64,000 nucleotides of DNA from Vampirovibrionales bacterium. GTDB lineage: Bacteria; Cyanobacteriota; Vampirovibrionia; Vampirovibrionales; Vampirovibrionaceae. Below the pieces are notes generated by a model. It worked only from the letters and a program-made list of their open reading frames with translations, searched no databases and had not been told where the DNA came from. The position numbers were made by a program, and so were the translations under genes. Below, one piece after another: positions 19,252-31,132 of the stretch (position 1 is the stretch's first letter; the number at the start of each line of letters is the position of its first letter). The stretch lies in NCBI GenBank assembly GCA_035285165.1, contig JAYKHP010000027.1:10169-74168 (forward strand), given 5' to 3'.

Positions 19252-21408
19252 ATGAAAAAACAACAATCATCTGGCATCTTTCTGCTGGTTCTCCTGGTTT
19301 TAATGGCGATCTTTTTCCGAACCCTGCTGCCCTCCAATGGCCCCAAGGTGGATCAAATCGAGTTTTACCAACTGCTTCAGAAAATTGAGCATGGGGAAAT
19401 TGCAAAAGTTACCATATCAGGTGACACGGCCGTGGCAGACGCAAAACCGGTTTTCGTCCCTGCTGAAAATCAGGCTGGCGCAAGCAATGGCACAGCACTG
19501 CCAAAGCCTGGCAACGCGAATCAGTCCGAAACATTATCAGAACAAGCACCGCAGCAACAAAGCGCTGAAAAAGGCCTGGCAAAAAAAAATCTGAACGAAA
19601 AGGACATCGATAGAAGAGTTGTTCAGGAAAAATCCGACCAGGAAAAGGCCAAAGCCTTACAAATCCAATACAAAGTTAATCTGCCCGAAGGTAACGGCGT
19701 TGCAATTATTACGCCTTACCTGGAAAAAAATGATGTTCCCTTCACCTTCAGCCCGCCTGAATCCAACGGTTACTGGATGAGCCTCCTGGGAACACTCATC
19801 GTCCCGATTTTCATCATTATCTTAATGGTCTTTATATATCGAAGCGCCCAAAGCGGCGGCTCGCAAGCCATGGCTTTCGGCAAAAGCAAGGCCAAGATGC
19901 AGATGGATCCCAAGGTCAAAGTCACCTTTGACGATGTGGCAGGCATTGATGAATCCAAGGCCGAGCTAATGGAGATCGTCGATTTTCTTAAAAACGGCGA
20001 GCGCTACCAGAAGCTGGGCGCCAAAATCCCCAAGGGCATCTTACTGGTGGGCTCTCCCGGTACGGGTAAGACCCTTCTGGCAAAAGCTGTCGCAGGCGAA
20101 GCGGGCGTGCCCTTCTTCAGTATCAGCGGTTCAGATTTTGTCGAGATGTTTGTGGGCGTGGGCGCAAGCCGTGTCCGCGATTTGTTTGAGCAGGCCAAAA
20201 AACACGCCCCCTGTATTATCTTCGTGGACGAAATCGATGCGGTCGGTCGTCAACGGGGCGCTGGGATGGGCGGCGGCCATGATGAACGCGAGCAGACGCT
20301 TAACCAATTACTGGTAGAAATGGACGGCTTTGACCCCCATACGGGCATTATCGTCCTGGCTGCCACCAACCGCCCCGATATTCTGGATAACGCGCTGTTG
20401 CGACCGGGGCGTTTTGATCGCCAGGTGATGATTGACCGGCCCGATGTTAAAGGCCGCGAGGAAATTTTGCGCGTCCACGCCAAAGGTAAGCCCCTGGCCG
20501 AAGACGTGGATTTGAGAATTCTCGCCAAGCGCACCCCGGGCTTTACCGGCGCCGATTTATCCAATCTCCTCAATGAAGGGGCGTTGACGGCTGCCCGCAA
20601 GAATAAAGACATTATCAACATGGATGATATCGAAGGGTCGATTGAGAAAGTTCTGGCGGGCCCAGAGAAAAAGTCGCGCATCATCAGCGAGAAAGACAAG
20701 GAAAACACGGCCTATCACGAAGTGGGCCATGCGCTGGTGGGTATTTTGACCCCCGGCTGCGACCCTGTGAGAAAAGTATCGATTATTCCGCGCGGCATGG
20801 CGCTTGGTCTTACCTGGACGATGCCGGATGATGACAAGGTTAGCACCACCAAGAATGAATTATTGGCCCAGATTGCAATGCTTCTTGGCGGTCGGGTTGC
20901 CGAAGAAACCGTTTATGGCGAAGGGAATGTGACCACCGGGGCAAGCAATGACCTGGAGCGCGTCAGCGCCGTTGCCCGTCGTATTGTCACGGTTTTTGGG
21001 ATGAACGACAAGCTTGGCCCAATTACCTACGGCAAGCGCAACGAACATGTCTTTATGGGACGTGATTTTGGAACCGAGCGTGATTACGGCGAAGAAGTGG
21101 CCACCTTGATTGATCGAGAGGTCAAGGAACTGGTCAATCGCCAATACGGCTATGTCCGGCAGTTGTTAAGCGACAACCGCGACATGTTGGAAGCCATGAC
21201 AAAAGTTCTGCTTGAAAAAGAGACGATTGACGAGGATGAGGTTCACGGGGTTATTGCCCGGGTGCGCAAAGAGCGTGGAGAAACCGCCGAATCCTGTCCC
21301 GTCACAACGGTCGATACCGGTCGTCAGCCAGTCGATATCGTCGCCGGTGGCGATGAAGCCGGAGAAACGGTGATTATCGAACCAGCGCCTGAGTCCATCA
21401 ACTCCTAA
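19252..21408 (+). CDS. ftsH: ATP-dependent zinc metalloprotease FtsH
   Basis: Two TM segments, [22 protein letters not shown] and HEVGH motifs. Confidence 0.98.
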   Translation: MKKQQSSGIFLLVLLVLMAIFFRTLLPSNGPKVDQIEFYQLLQKIEHGEIAKVTISGDTAVADAKPVFVPAENQAGASNGTALPKPGNANQSETLSEQAPQQQSAEKGLAKKNLNEKDIDRRVVQEKSDQEKAKALQIQYKVNLPEGNGVAIITPYLEKNDVPFTFSPPESNGYWMSLLGTLIVPIFIIILMVFIYRSAQSGGSQAMAFGKSKAKMQMDPKVKVTFDDVAGIDESKAELMEIVDFLKNGERYQKLGAKIPKGILLVGSPGTGKTLLAKAVAGEAGVPFFSISGSDFVEMFVGVGASRVRDLFEQAKKHAPCIIFVDEIDAVGRQRGAGMGGGHDEREQTLNQLLVEMDGFDPHTGIIVLAATNRPDILDNALLRPGRFDRQVMIDRPDVKGREEILRVHAKGKPLAEDVDLRILAKRTPGFTGADLSNLLNEGALTAARKNKDIINMDDIEGSIEKVLAGPEKKSRIISEKDKENTAYHEVGHALVGILTPGCDPVRKVSIIPRGMALGLTWTMPDDDKVSTTKNELLAQIAMLLGGRVAEETVYGEGNVTTGASNDLERVSAVARRIVTVFGMNDKLGPITYGKRNEHVFMGRDFGTERDYGEEVATLIDREVKELVNRQYGYVRQLLSDNRDMLEAMTKVLLEKETIDEDEVHGVIARVRKERGETAESCPVTTVDTGRQPVDIVAGGDEAGETVIIEPAPESINS

Positions 21409-21422
21409 GTCAAGATTCATGT

Positions 21423-21450
21423 CGTTACTCCCGCAAAAGCGAAAGTGACG
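21423..21450. repeat. Degenerate GTCATTCCCGC-type hairpin after ftsH
   Basis: CGTTACTCCCGCAAAAGCGAAAGTGACG resembles the copies at 8835-8946. Confidence 0.5.
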
Positions 21451-21551
21451 AAATACCCTGGATTGCTGAATTCCGGGTTGCTAGATTCAGAGCTGCCTTT
21501 CCCCTATGATAAATGCGTGTATAGCTATCTTAAGGAAAAGGCCGTCCGGCA

Positions 21552-23345
21552 ATGAAACTCTCCAAACTCCTGGCGCCCACGCTGCGCGAGAACCCGGCTG
21601 AAGCCGAGGTTGTCAGTCACCAGTTGTTGATGCGGGCTGGATATATCCGCAGGCTGGCCAATGGGGTCTATAACTACTTGCCCCTGATGTGGCGCGTCTT
21701 AAGAAAAGTCGAGCAAATCGTCCGCGAGGAGATGGACAGGGCGGGCGCGCAAGAACTTTTGATGCCGATTCTGCAACCGGCGGAAGTCTGGCAAGCCTCG
21801 GGGCGTTGGGATATTTACGGCCCTTTGATGATGCGTGTCAAGGATCGTCATGACCGAGAATACGGCCTTGCCCCAACGGCAGAAGAGGTGATTACGGATA
21901 TCGCCACCAAGGAAATCCGCTCTTATCGTCAATTGCCGGTCAATTTATACCAAATTCAGACCAAGTACCGCGATGAAATCCGGCCCCGTTTTGGCCTCTT
22001 GCGCGGGCGCGAATTTATTATGAAGGACGCCTACAGTTTTCACGCCAATCAGGACTGCATGGACGCCGAGTACGACAATATGGCCGAGACGTACACGCGG
22101 ATTTTTAATCGCTGCGGGCTTGAAACGCGGCAGGTCAGAAGCGACAGCGGTACGATTGGCGGCAGCGTCAGCCACGAATATATGGTACTGACCCGCATTG
22201 CCGAGGGCGAACAGGAAAGCGGCGAGAATGACGTTTTTTATTGCGAACAATGCGATTACGCCGCAAACGCCGAGCGGGCCGAATCGCTCTTGGGCCAGTC
22301 AAGCCAAAAAAGCGTTTACGCCAAAACCGAAGTGGTGGAAACACCCGGCGCAACTTCTCTTGAGATTATGCACCGGCAATTCAAAATGCATCCCGAATTG
22401 ATTTTAAAAAGCCTGATATACATCGCCGATGAAAAAACGCCGGTGATGGCTTTAATTAGGGGGGATTATGACGTTGAAGAAACGAAGTTGCTCAATGCGG
22501 TTTGTGCAAACGAACTGAGAATGGCAAGCGGTGAGGAAATCGACAAATTGACCGGTGGTTCGGCCAAAGGCTTCATCGGGCCAATCGGTTTGCCAAAAGG
22601 AATCAAGCCAGAAGAGATCAAAATAATTGCTGATGCCAGCGTCAAAGATATGAAAGATTTTTATGTCGCGGTCAACCAGGTGGACAAGCATCTTGTCAAC
22701 GCTAATTGGGGCGCTGACTTGGCACTGCCTGAAACGGTTGTCGATATCCGCCTGGCCCGGGTCGGGGATACTTGCCCCGAATGTAAGCAGGGCGCGCTGG
22801 CGATGACGCGTGGCATTGAAGTGGGCAATATTTTTCAGCTTGGCACGAAATATTCTTCGTCGATGAACGCCACCTACACGGCCGAAGATGGCACCGAGCA
22901 GCCGTTTATTATGGGATGCTACGGCATTGGCGTAACGCGCACAGCCGCCGCCGCTATCGAGCGCTTTCATGACAAGGACGGCATTGTTTGGCCGATGGGG
23001 CTTGCGCCATTTAAAGTCATCGTGGTGCCGGTGAATATCACGGATGAAACGCAAAATTCTCTTGCCAGCCGAATTTACCAAATGCTTCAGGACAATGGCA
23101 TTGAGGTGTTGATGGATGATAGAGACGAGCGGGCGGGCGTTAAATTCAAGGACGCGGATTTAATAGGGATTCCCATTCGCATTACGGCGGGCAAAAAAGC
23201 TGCCGACGGCTTACTGGAAGTTAAACTGCGCGACAGCCGAGAAGCCCGGGATTTAAAAGAAAGCGAAATCCTCGCCTTTGTAAAAGACAACATCGCAAAC
23301 TGGCACCCGCAACTTGAAGCCAAGAACCTTTCTCCGGTCAAATAA
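21552..23345 (+). CDS. proS: Proline--tRNA ligase (with editing domain)
   Basis: SHQLLMRAG, RDEIRPRFGLLRGREF, GIEVGNIF and MGCYGIG motifs. Confidence 0.98.
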   Translation: MKLSKLLAPTLRENPAEAEVVSHQLLMRAGYIRRLANGVYNYLPLMWRVLRKVEQIVREEMDRAGAQELLMPILQPAEVWQASGRWDIYGPLMMRVKDRHDREYGLAPTAEEVITDIATKEIRSYRQLPVNLYQIQTKYRDEIRPRFGLLRGREFIMKDAYSFHANQDCMDAEYDNMAETYTRIFNRCGLETRQVRSDSGTIGGSVSHEYMVLTRIAEGEQESGENDVFYCEQCDYAANAERAESLLGQSSQKSVYAKTEVVETPGATSLEIMHRQFKMHPELILKSLIYIADEKTPVMALIRGDYDVEETKLLNAVCANELRMASGEEIDKLTGGSAKGFIGPIGLPKGIKPEEIKIIADASVKDMKDFYVAVNQVDKHLVNANWGADLALPETVVDIRLARVGDTCPECKQGALAMTRGIEVGNIFQLGTKYSSSMNATYTAEDGTEQPFIMGCYGIGVTRTAAAAIERFHDKDGIVWPMGLAPFKVIVVPVNITDETQNSLASRIYQMLQDNGIEVLMDDRDERAGVKFKDADLIGIPIRITAGKKAADGLLEVKLRDSREARDLKESEILAFVKDNIANWHPQLEAKNLSPVK

Positions 23346-23348
23346 CTT

Positions 23349-23390
23349 GGAGATTGCCACGTCGCCTCATTTGAGGCTTCTTGCAACGCC
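23349..23390. repeat. Degenerate inverted GTCATTGCGAG-type repeat
   Basis: GGAGATTGCCACG is the reverse complement of the CGTGGCAATCTCC end of the copies at 6280 and 7167. Confidence 0.6.
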
Positions 23391-23416
23391 CCTTGAAAAC
23401 ACAACGAAAGATCGTA

Positions 23417-25213
23417 ATGAGTAATCAATCCAACATCAGAAATTTTTGTATTATTGCCCACATTGACCATGGGAAATCAACCATCGCGGATCGGCTGCTG
23501 GAGGCGACCAACACGATTGGCAGCCGGCAGATGAAAAACCAGGTGTTGGATTCGCTTGATCTTGAGCGCGAGCGGGGCATTACCATCAAGCTGAACGCGG
23601 CGCGAATGGAATACAAGCAAGACGGCAAGCCTTATGTCCTCAACCTCATCGATACTCCCGGCCATGTGGATTTCAGCTATGAAGTTTCAAGGAGCCTGGA
23701 AGCCTGTGAAGGCGCGCTGCTAATTGTGGATGCCTCTCAAGGGGTTGAAGCGCAGACGCTTGCCAACGTCTATTTAGCCATTAACGCCAATTTGGAAATC
23801 ATTCCCGTTTTAAACAAGATTGATTTGCCCGGCGCTGACCCGGACAGGGTAAAACATGAAATCGAGGAGGTGATTGGTATTGACGCCTCCGAGGCAATTT
23901 TGGCAAGCGCAAAAGAAGGCATTGGGATTCCAGAGATTTTGCAAGCCGTCGTCAAGCGCGTCCCCCCGCCGGTGATTCACCAGGAAAAACCCTTGCGCGC
24001 GCTGGTGTTTGACAGCTACTTTGACGCCTACATGGGCGTGATTACCTATATCCGCGTGGTGGATGGCGAAGTGCGCGTGGGCGATAAAATTCGCTTTATG
24101 GCCAACGGCAAGGTGTTTGACGTGACCGAAGTGGGCGTGATGCGCCCCAACCGGGTGCCAAAAGACAGCCTGGTGTCTGGCGAAGTGGGCTATGTCGCAG
24201 CGTCTATTAAGGAAATGGCCTACTTTGTGGGCGATACGATCACCAATCACGCAAAGCCTGCACCCGAAGCCCTGCCCGGTTACAAGCGCGCCGTTCCGAT
24301 GGTCTTTTGCGGGCTTTACCCGGTGGATAATGATCAGTACGGCGAATTGAAAGAATCACTGGATAAGCTCAAGCTGAACGATTCCAGCATTACATTTGAG
24401 CCGGAATCTTCCGAGGCGTTGGGGTTTGGCTTTCGCTGCGGCTTTTTGGGCCTGCTGCATATGGAAATTATTCAGGAAAGGCTGGAGCGCGAGTATAACC
24501 TCAGCCTGATCACAACCGCCCCCAGCGTTGTGTATAAAGTCTACACCACCAAGGGTACTGTTCTGGAAATCGACAACCCGTCTAAATTACCCGATCCGCA
24601 ACAGCGTGAATACATGGAAGAGCCGATTGTCAAAATCAACATCATCACGCCCACCGATTATGTGGGCCCGCTGATGGAGCTGGCGCAAACCCGCCGGGGC
24701 GAATTTTTAGGGATGGAATACCTGGATAAGACGCGGGTAAACTTGCAGTATGAGTTACCGCTGAATGAGATGGTGACTGATTTTTACGACCAGCTTAAAT
24801 CGCGCTCAAAAGGCTATGCCTCGATGGATTATCACTTCTCGGGCTATAAGCGCAGCAAGCTTGTGAAGCTCGATATCCTGCTTGCCGGAGAGCCGGTCGA
24901 TGCGCTGAGTACGATTGTCCACCAGGACAAGGCTTTCAGCGTGGGGCGCGTGCTGACCGAAAAGCTGAAGGAACTGATTCCCCGGCAGATGTTTGAAGTG
25001 GCCATTCAGGCGGCAATCGGCGGCAAGATTGTCGCCAGAAGCACCGTCAGCGCCGTTCGCAAGAACGTCTTAGAGAAGTGTTACGGCGGCGATATTTCAA
25101 GGAAACGAAAGCTGCTGGAGAAGCAAAAGGCTGGTAAAAAGCGGATGAAGTCCGTAGGCCGCGTCGAAGTCCCGCAAGAAGCATTTATGGCCGTGCTGAA
25201 GCTGGGTGAGTAA
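23417..25213 (+). CDS. lepA: Elongation factor 4 (LepA)
   Basis: [27 protein letters not shown] and [14 protein letters not shown] motifs. Confidence 0.98.
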   Translation: MSNQSNIRNFCIIAHIDHGKSTIADRLLEATNTIGSRQMKNQVLDSLDLERERGITIKLNAARMEYKQDGKPYVLNLIDTPGHVDFSYEVSRSLEACEGALLIVDASQGVEAQTLANVYLAINANLEIIPVLNKIDLPGADPDRVKHEIEEVIGIDASEAILASAKEGIGIPEILQAVVKRVPPPVIHQEKPLRALVFDSYFDAYMGVITYIRVVDGEVRVGDKIRFMANGKVFDVTEVGVMRPNRVPKDSLVSGEVGYVAASIKEMAYFVGDTITNHAKPAPEALPGYKRAVPMVFCGLYPVDNDQYGELKESLDKLKLNDSSITFEPESSEALGFGFRCGFLGLLHMEIIQERLEREYNLSLITTAPSVVYKVYTTKGTVLEIDNPSKLPDPQQREYMEEPIVKINIITPTDYVGPLMELAQTRRGEFLGMEYLDKTRVNLQYELPLNEMVTDFYDQLKSRSKGYASMDYHFSGYKRSKLVKLDILLAGEPVDALSTIVHQDKAFSVGRVLTEKLKELIPRQMFEVAIQAAIGGKIVARSTVSAVRKNVLEKCYGGDISRKRKLLEKQKAGKKRMKSVGRVEVPQEAFMAVLKLGE

Positions 25214-25376
25214 ATCAAATCCTGGTTAAATCCTAATTGTTACGCGTGGTTTACTCGGATGACTTAAGCCTGTGAATATGGTTTAATCGGGGGTAGGAGA
25301 ATGACTGCGCGGCTTTTGTCCCGTTTTGGTAACGGCGGCGCTTCGTTTAGACACTTACCCGTAGGACTTCAGCTTC

Positions 25377-26588
25377 ATGGCAACGATTTTAACGCCTCAA
25401 ACACATCCAAGTGAATTAAAACAAGCGTATATCACCAGTGGCAATAATCCGCTGGCCAGGTTTTACGACAAGATTGTCTCTGGCGAGCGCATCAGCCGCG
25501 ATGAAGCCATTGAGATATACCATTGCGACGACCTGCTCTCCATCGGCATTCTGGCCGATACGGCCCGTGTTATTCATACCCGTAGGCTTTTCGAGAAACA
25601 CAATCCAGCTCAGCCCTTTGACGAAAAAACCCTGGATTACGTCTACTGGGTACATAACTTCCACATCAACCCCACCAACATCTGCGAAGCCAACTGCCGT
25701 TTCTGCTCCTTCAAAAAAGGGCCTGGCTCGCCGTTTGCCTACGTGATGAGCGTCGATGACGTGATTGCACACGTCAACAAATACCCGCAAAAAGACAATC
25801 TGGCCGAGTTTCATATCGTCTCTGGCTTATACGACCAGCAAGGGCTTGCCTACTATGTCGATCTGTTCAAGGCACTCAAACAGCACTTCCCCCATGTCCA
25901 CATCAAAGGTCTGACCGCCGTTGAGCTGGACTATTTAGCCAACCTTGAAGGTATCCCGGTTGAGCAGGCGTTGGATGAGCTGATTACAGCAGGGCTTGGC
26001 TCCCTGCCCGGTGGCGGTGCCGAGGTCTTCGCCGATCGTGTGCGCAAGGAAGTCTGCGTGGATAAAATTCCCGCAAGCGAGTGGTTGAGAATCCACGGTC
26101 TTGCCCATGAGAAGGGCTTGAAAAGCAACGCCACGATGCTGGCGGGGCTGGGTGAAACCCCTGAAGAGCGTGTGGATCATATGCTCGCCATTCGCCAGCA
26201 ACAGGATATCAGCGGCGGCTTTATGACGTTTATTCCGCTGAATTGCTATTACGAGAAAAACGCCGTTGACGCAAAGCATGCGCTGACCGGCGTCGAGAAT
26301 CTGAAAAATTTCGCCGTCAGCCGGATTCTGCTCGATAACGTGCCGCACATCAAATCCTTCTGGATTCACATCGGCGAAAAGCTATCGCAAGTCAGCTTAA
26401 GCTTCGGCGTCGATGACATTGACGGAACCGTCATTGAGGAAAAAATTGCCCATTCCGCTGGCACCGACGCCTCGCAAGCGCTGACCAAGGACGAACTGAT
26501 CAACATGATCTACAAGGCCGGTAAAATTCCGGTTGAGCGTGATACGACCTACAACATCATCAAAGTTTATGAACCCAAAAGCAAGTAA
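25377..26588 (+). CDS. mqnE: Aminofutalosine synthase (CofH/MqnE radical SAM)
   Basis: NPTNICEANCRFC, PGGGAE and DDIDGTVIEEKI motifs; adjacent to mqnA. Confidence 0.85.
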   Translation: MATILTPQTHPSELKQAYITSGNNPLARFYDKIVSGERISRDEAIEIYHCDDLLSIGILADTARVIHTRRLFEKHNPAQPFDEKTLDYVYWVHNFHINPTNICEANCRFCSFKKGPGSPFAYVMSVDDVIAHVNKYPQKDNLAEFHIVSGLYDQQGLAYYVDLFKALKQHFPHVHIKGLTAVELDYLANLEGIPVEQALDELITAGLGSLPGGGAEVFADRVRKEVCVDKIPASEWLRIHGLAHEKGLKSNATMLAGLGETPEERVDHMLAIRQQQDISGGFMTFIPLNCYYEKNAVDAKHALTGVENLKNFAVSRILLDNVPHIKSFWIHIGEKLSQVSLSFGVDDIDGTVIEEKIAHSAGTDASQALTKDELINMIYKAGKIPVERDTTYNIIKVYEPKSK

Positions 26589-27495
26589 GCAAGCTTGTGG
26601 CAAAAGCCCAGCCCCGCCAGGCATCCGGCTTGGGGCAATTGAGTTCATCAATACCATTCCAATTTACACGGCTTTAAAACAACAGGCAGCGGCTCTTGAA
26701 GAAAGCGGTTGCGAGCTTATTTACCGTAATCCCGCAACACTCAACACGATGATCGATGAAGGGTTGCTGGATATTTCACCCGTCTCATCAGCGCATTATC
26801 TCAGGCACCAGGACGCCTTGACGCTTCTGCCTGATCTTTCCGTCAGTTCGCCAGGGGCGGTTGAAAGCGTTTTATTTCTATCCAAATTCCCGGTGGATGA
26901 CCCGCGCTTTCTTTCTCAAACACCGGTCATTCCGGTACCGGACGATTCGGAAACCTCAATCGCCTTGCTGGGCTGGTTGCTTGAGGAAAAAACCGGCCTG
27001 GATTTCAGCGGACGTTTCCACACGTTTACCGCTTCTGAATACGAACAAGCGCTTATGCAAAACGGCGCGGCGTTGGTCATTGGGGACAACGCGCTTTTAA
27101 TTCAGCAGAACGTTCGCCTGACATCAGCGTATCATCTCTATGATCTTTCCTGCGAATGGCAAAAACTGACCGGTCTGCCGTTTGTCTTTGCCGTCTGGGT
27201 GGCCCGTTCGACTTGGGCAGCGCAACATCCGACAGAACTTGAGCGTATGACGCAAATGCTAGTGCAGGCACGAAAGCGCTTTTTTGAGGACGCTGAGATT
27301 TTCAAGGCCGGTCTTGCCGATGCCCAGTCCCGCTGCTCGCTAAGTGAAGAGTCAATCAGACGCTATTTTACGCGCTCGTTGAATTATACGCTTGAAACTG
27401 AGCAGCAAAAAGCCATCGCGCTTTTTAAGAGTATTCTTCAAGAAAAGGATAAGCGTCAACAAGATAAAATGTCCGATTTTGCAGGGGTTTGCTGA
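26569..27495 (+). CDS. mqnA: Chorismate dehydratase MqnA
   Basis: LGAIEFINTIP, GAVESV, SETS, LVIGDNAL and TGLPFVFAVW motifs. Confidence 0.9.
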   Translation: MNPKASKQACGKSPAPPGIRLGAIEFINTIPIYTALKQQAAALEESGCELIYRNPATLNTMIDEGLLDISPVSSAHYLRHQDALTLLPDLSVSSPGAVESVLFLSKFPVDDPRFLSQTPVIPVPDDSETSIALLGWLLEEKTGLDFSGRFHTFTASEYEQALMQNGAALVIGDNALLIQQNVRLTSAYHLYDLSCEWQKLTGLPFVFAVWVARSTWAAQHPTELERMTQMLVQARKRFFEDAEIFKAGLADAQSRCSLSEESIRRYFTRSLNYTLETEQQKAIALFKSILQEKDKRQQDKMSDFAGVC

Positions 27496-28664
27496 TGCGG
27501 GGCAGGCTTCGCAAGTATCATTCCAATTATTTCTACGTGGATGTGGCCGAAAGCCTATACGAGTGTTTTCTAAAGGGAATTTTAAAAAAAGCCCTGAAAA
27601 TGCAAAAAAACACCGGCGCTGACGCCACTGATACTGCAGAAATGAGTGATATTCTGGTGGGTGATTGGGTAACGCTTGACAGTATTGACGAGGCGAATAA
27701 AACCGCCCGCATCGTTGAAATAGAACCCAGGCAAAACGCGCTGGCCCGTCCTAAAATTGCAAACGTGGATCAGGCCCTGATTGTCTATCCGCTAAAGCAG
27801 CCCGAGTTTGACCCCCATTCGCTCAATCGTTTTCTCACGCATATTGCCCTGGCTAAAATTCCCGCCATCATCTGCTTCAGCAAGTCGGATTTACTTGATT
27901 CGCCTGAGCGTTTTTCAGCCATTGAATCACTCTATGGCAAAACGCTTGGCTTTCCCATTGCATTCGTCTCGGTTTATCAGCCTGACACGTTGAAAGACGT
28001 TACCGCGTTTTTGGAAGGAAAGGTCACCGTTCTGGCTGGCCCCAGCGGTGCAGGAAAGTCTTCCCTCCTGAACGCGCTTCAGCCAGACCTGCAATTGAAA
28101 GTGGGGGAAGTCTCTGAAAAAATCGAGCGCGGTCAGCATACGACCCGGCACACCGAACTGCTTGCCCTTGGCAACAATACTTTTATTGCGGATACGCCAG
28201 GCTTTAGCTATTTGAAATTCGATCAGACCCTTCCCGAACAACTGGTGGAGGCTTATTGCGACTTTAAAATGACGCCTGTGGAAACGGCCTGTGCGTATAA
28301 AGATTGCCTGCATTTGCCGAAGCAATCCGACAGCGACGACAGTGCTACTGCCGACACCACTACCCAGCACTGCGCTTTTCTGGATGATGATACCCACGCG
28401 CCTAAGCCCGGATTGATTGATCAAAGCCGCTATGACACTTATTGCGCCATGATGAGCGAAGCCTTATCTTATAAAGCGCAAAGCAGGCAAAGCAGCCAGA
28501 AACAGGAATCTGGCTTTAAGCGTGTCAGCAGCAAGGGCAAGTCGGATCGAAACATCTTGCGTCTGAGCGGCAAAAGCAGGGAAAGCTCCAGGCGTACCCA
28601 GCGACAAGAACTCCTTGCCGAACATCACCAGGCACAGGATGAGCTGGAAAAAAAACCGGACTGA
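27495..28664 (+). CDS. rsgA: Ribosome small subunit-dependent GTPase A
   Basis: RPKIANVD, SKSDL, GPSGAGKSS, GQHTT, DTPGF and CxxxxCxH motifs; TGATG coupling with mqnA. Confidence 0.93.
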   Translation: MRGRLRKYHSNYFYVDVAESLYECFLKGILKKALKMQKNTGADATDTAEMSDILVGDWVTLDSIDEANKTARIVEIEPRQNALARPKIANVDQALIVYPLKQPEFDPHSLNRFLTHIALAKIPAIICFSKSDLLDSPERFSAIESLYGKTLGFPIAFVSVYQPDTLKDVTAFLEGKVTVLAGPSGAGKSSLLNALQPDLQLKVGEVSEKIERGQHTTRHTELLALGNNTFIADTPGFSYLKFDQTLPEQLVEAYCDFKMTPVETACAYKDCLHLPKQSDSDDSATADTTTQHCAFLDDDTHAPKPGLIDQSRYDTYCAMMSEALSYKAQSRQSSQKQESGFKRVSSKGKSDRNILRLSGKSRESSRRTQRQELLAEHHQAQDELEKKPD

Positions 28665-28731
28665 ACTGCTGTTTCCTTTATAATATGAGCCCTACTGGAC
28701 ACACATTGAACCCACGTATTGTTCGAAGATC

Positions 28732-29730
28732 ATGACCAATATTTCAAAAATCAGTTACGAAAACCGCTTTCAGCTCTCCTTGCAAGCGGTTCAGAGTGCG
28801 CTTGAACAGTATTTATCCGGCGATAAAGAAGAGATGCTGGAAGCTCCAAAAAAACTCTGGGAAGCTATGCGCTACAGCACGCTGGACGGTGGCAAGCGCA
28901 TCCGCTCGGTTCTAGCGATTGAAACCTGCCTGGCCTGCGGTGGAGACTTATCCTCCATTCTGCCCGCGGCTTGCGCCATTGAGCTGGTGCACGCGCAAAG
29001 CCTGATCCATGACGACCTGCCCTGTATGGATGACGATGAGCTGCGTCGAGGCAAGCCCACCCTTCACATCGCCTATAACGAATCAACCGCCGTTCTGGCT
29101 GGCGATGCGCTCCTGGCGATGGCTTTTGGCATTATCACCAAATACACTCCACGTGGCAAAAATGTAGGCGCGGAGACTATCTTGAAGGTCATTGACGATT
29201 TTTCCGATGTCACCAGCGTCAAAGGGTTAGTGAACGGGCAGTACGTCGATATCCACTACGAGGAAAAGTCTTTTACGCCTGAGGTTCTGGAATATATCCA
29301 CACGTATAAGACAGGAGCCCTCTTTCGCTTCTCAACACGAACAGGGGCAAGGCTTGCCGGTGCGGGTGATCACGTCATTGAAACGTTAACGGCCTTTGGT
29401 GATAAAATCGGCCTTGCCTTTCAAATCGTCGATGACCTGCTCGATATCCAGTCCACCTCTGAAACGCTTGGCAAGACGGCGGGAAAAGACCTGACCCAGC
29501 AAAAAGCGACTTTCCCGGCCTTATATGGGCTTGCTAATTCCAGGCTTCAGGCGTTAAACTTGATTTCTGAGGCAAAAGAACAGCTCAGGCAGTTATCTCT
29601 TCAACTCGACAATATCCCTGATATAACGCCTGGCCGCAATTTGACTGGCAGTCATTTGAACCATGGCTCTTCTTTAAATATTAACGCGCTTCTTGACTTG
29701 GCGGATTATATTCATACGCGTATCTCTTAG
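28732..29730 (+). CDS. Polyprenyl (FPP/GGPP) synthase
   Basis: GGKRIR, HDDLPCMDDDELRRGK and FQIVDDLLD motifs. Confidence 0.95.
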   Translation: MTNISKISYENRFQLSLQAVQSALEQYLSGDKEEMLEAPKKLWEAMRYSTLDGGKRIRSVLAIETCLACGGDLSSILPAACAIELVHAQSLIHDDLPCMDDDELRRGKPTLHIAYNESTAVLAGDALLAMAFGIITKYTPRGKNVGAETILKVIDDFSDVTSVKGLVNGQYVDIHYEEKSFTPEVLEYIHTYKTGALFRFSTRTGARLAGAGDHVIETLTAFGDKIGLAFQIVDDLLDIQSTSETLGKTAGKDLTQQKATFPALYGLANSRLQALNLISEAKEQLRQLSLQLDNIPDITPGRNLTGSHLNHGSSLNINALLDLADYIHTRIS

Positions 29731-29847
29731 ACTTAAACACCGTGGGCGCTTCAGGCATCGGCCCTTATCACTGTCTCCGTTTGGGTGTCTGTTCTTGCCG
29801 CTTATCCAACCCTTGTTTTAGATGACATAGAGAGTGAATGAACCCTG

Positions 29848-30324
29848 ATGGCAGAACCACTGAGTACCCCTGCGGCAATTGGCCCGGGCGTCGAGGTCCT
29901 TTTATCCAGTGCATCTGCGGCGCTGATGGCCCAGCTATTCAAGTTTTTCTGGTACCTGGCCATCGGAAGAAGCATAAACTTCCGAATATTGGTTCAAACC
30001 GGCGGCATGCCCTCAAGCCACAGCGCGTCGATGGTAGCCCTGGCAACCAGCGTCGGACTTTTGGACGGCTTTAACTCCACGATTTTTGCAGTCGCGGCAG
30101 GCATTGCCATGATCGTTATGTACGATGCGGCAGGGCTAAGACAGGCCGCTGGCAAGATGGCGGGGATTCTGAACAAAATTACCGAAGATATTTATTCTTC
30201 CCATCCCGATCAGGTTCCCTACCGCCTTCGCGAACTTCTGGGCCACACCCCCTTTGAAGTATTGGTCGGCGCTTTGCTCGGTATCGTAACGGCCTATGGT
30301 TATTACGGCTATATCCACACTTGA
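29848..30324 (+). CDS. Divergent PAP2 family protein (DUF212)
   Basis: TGGMPSSHS, VMYDAAG and ELLGHTP motifs. Confidence 0.92.
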   Translation: MAEPLSTPAAIGPGVEVLLSSASAALMAQLFKFFWYLAIGRSINFRILVQTGGMPSSHSASMVALATSVGLLDGFNSTIFAVAAGIAMIVMYDAAGLRQAAGKMAGILNKITEDIYSSHPDQVPYRLRELLGHTPFEVLVGALLGIVTAYGYYGYIHT

Positions 30325-30341
30325 ACGTAAGCCTGAAAACT

Positions 30342-31091
30342 TTACAGTTGACTTAAAAAGCTTTCGGCCAGGCGGATATCCTCCAGCGTGGTAATTTTAA
30401 GGTTGCACACACTGCCCGATAAAATCTTAAGCGGGCCAAGACCAACAAGCTCCAACAGTTGGGCATCATCCGTTACGGCAATACTAGAGTCGTTCTTATC
30501 AGAGTGCCCGAAGCCGGTTTTTTCATAAGCCTCCATAAGTGCTGGCCGATGAAACATCTGCGGGGTTTGCGCCCGCCAGAGAAGCGTTCTGTCCATTGTC
30601 GCCTCAATCATGCCGTCACTTGAGCAGCGCTTAATCGTGTCATAGACTGGTAAAGCAACCACCACACCCTGAGCCCCCTGTCGCAAAAGCGCCAACCCTT
30701 GCCCTATCCAGCCAGGATTGAGCAAAGGCCTGGCGGCATCATGTATCACCACAAACCCGCAGCCATCGGGCACTGCTTTTAAAGCGGCATAAACCGAAGC
30801 GCAACGACTCTCTCCACCTCGCGTCCATATTATTTTCGACGCGGAAAAATCGGCCGCCTGGATAAGGGCCTGATACTGTAGCCGGTTGGCATCTGAAACG
30901 GCAATGACAACGCCCGCCAATTCGCTTGCCGAAAGGAGGGCCTGAATGGTTCTTACCAAGACCGGAACACCACCCAAGGAAGCCGCCAACTTGTCTTGTG
31001 TTTGAGAAAAACGCTGGCCGCTTCCGGCTGCCGGAACAATGGCCCATGCTGTACCCATTGTGTTATCGCCTCTTGTTTCTGCTTGCGTCAC
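30342..31091 (-). CDS. ispD: 2-C-methyl-D-erythritol 4-phosphate cytidylyltransferase
   Basis: PAAGSGQR, HDAARP, AQTPQ, TDDA and NLKITT motifs. Confidence 0.95.
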   Translation of the reverse strand: MTQAETRGDNTMGTAWAIVPAAGSGQRFSQTQDKLAASLGGVPVLVRTIQALLSASELAGVVIAVSDANRLQYQALIQAADFSASKIIWTRGGESRCASVYAALKAVPDGCGFVVIHDAARPLLNPGWIGQGLALLRQGAQGVVVALPVYDTIKRCSSDGMIEATMDRTLLWRAQTPQMFHRPALMEAYEKTGFGHSDKNDSSIAVTDDAQLLELVGLGPLKILSGSVCNLKITTLEDIRLAESFLSQL

Positions 31092-31132
31092 AAGAGCGTA
31101 TTAAACGGGAAAAACGAGCGCTTTAAAAGCCA

